A stretch of DNA of 63,676 nt, counting the filler, from Octopus bimaculoides (Eukaryota), in the NCBI RefSeq assembly GCF_001194135.2. It is 7 parts of 6 records of this genome, joined end to end, with 100 filler letters (N's around TTAATTAATTAA, not from the genome) between each part and the next. Parts side by side here need not be neighbours in the genome. Positions count along the whole stretch, not along the records: positions 62,236 to 63,676 come from NW_026323851.1; 6 more parts are not named here. One strand, written 5' to 3'. Within the stretch, counting starts at the first letter, position 1, and the number at the start of each line of letters is the position of its first letter. Below the pieces are notes generated by a model, which was not told the origin of the DNA, searched no databases, and worked only from the letters and a program-made list of their open reading frames with translations. Positions 63,249 to 63,676 of the stretch are shown one piece after another. A program made the position numbers and the translations under genes.

Positions 63249-63676
63249 TTATGTTTCAGTCATTTGACTGCGGCCATGCTGGAGCACCACCTTCAGTCGA
63301 ACGAATTGACCCCAGGACTTACCCTTTGTAAGCTTAGTACTTATTCTATCGGTCCCTGTTGCCGAACCGCTAGGTTACAGGGACGTGAACACACCAACAT
63401 CGGTTATCAAGCGATGGTGGGGAGACACAAACACACAAACATACACACATACATATATATATATATATGTGTGTATATATGCGTACATGCATATATAGAA
63501 ATACACTCACTCACACACACACACACACACACAGATGGATAAATAGATAGGTAAAAATATAAACTGAGATATACACATATATATATTTATACATAATATA
63601 GATACATATATACACATATATATATTTATGTATATATCTATATATGTATATATATGTATATATATATATATATATA

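Overview
Repeat-rich, AT-rich metazoan DNA. The SINE families, the density of (TA)n/(CA)n/(TCTA)n microsatellites and the gene content point to an octopus (coleoid cephalopod) genome; this is an inference, not a database result. One protein-coding gene is well supported: a minus-strand NR2E-group (PNR-like, NR2E6-type) nuclear receptor. Four of its exons can be reconstructed with consistent splice phases (9818-9582 DBD, 8433-8307, 4255-3723 Gly/His-rich hinge, 2285-1893 LBD helices 3-5). Its first coding exon was not located with confidence, and the rest of the LBD lies beyond position 1. The remainder is transposon debris: tRNA-derived SINEs, Tc1/mariner elements and MITEs, L1/Tx1, RTE and R4-like LINE fragments, Penelope-like elements, and a Helitron/Helentron-like end. 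Six artificial 100-bp scaffold linkers (N44-TTAATTAATTAA-N44) split the window into at least seven independently assembled pieces. The most interesting signals are RNA-level: an apparently intact minimal type I hammerhead ribozyme (52149-52207) inside a ~240-nt structured element, a tandemly duplicated hammerhead-like motif on the sense strand of a receptor intron (5815-5910), a decayed hammerhead at the 3' end of a Penelope element, and inverted repeats that bracket an in-frame block of three receptor exons. All folds were derived by hand, and most repeat boundaries are approximate.
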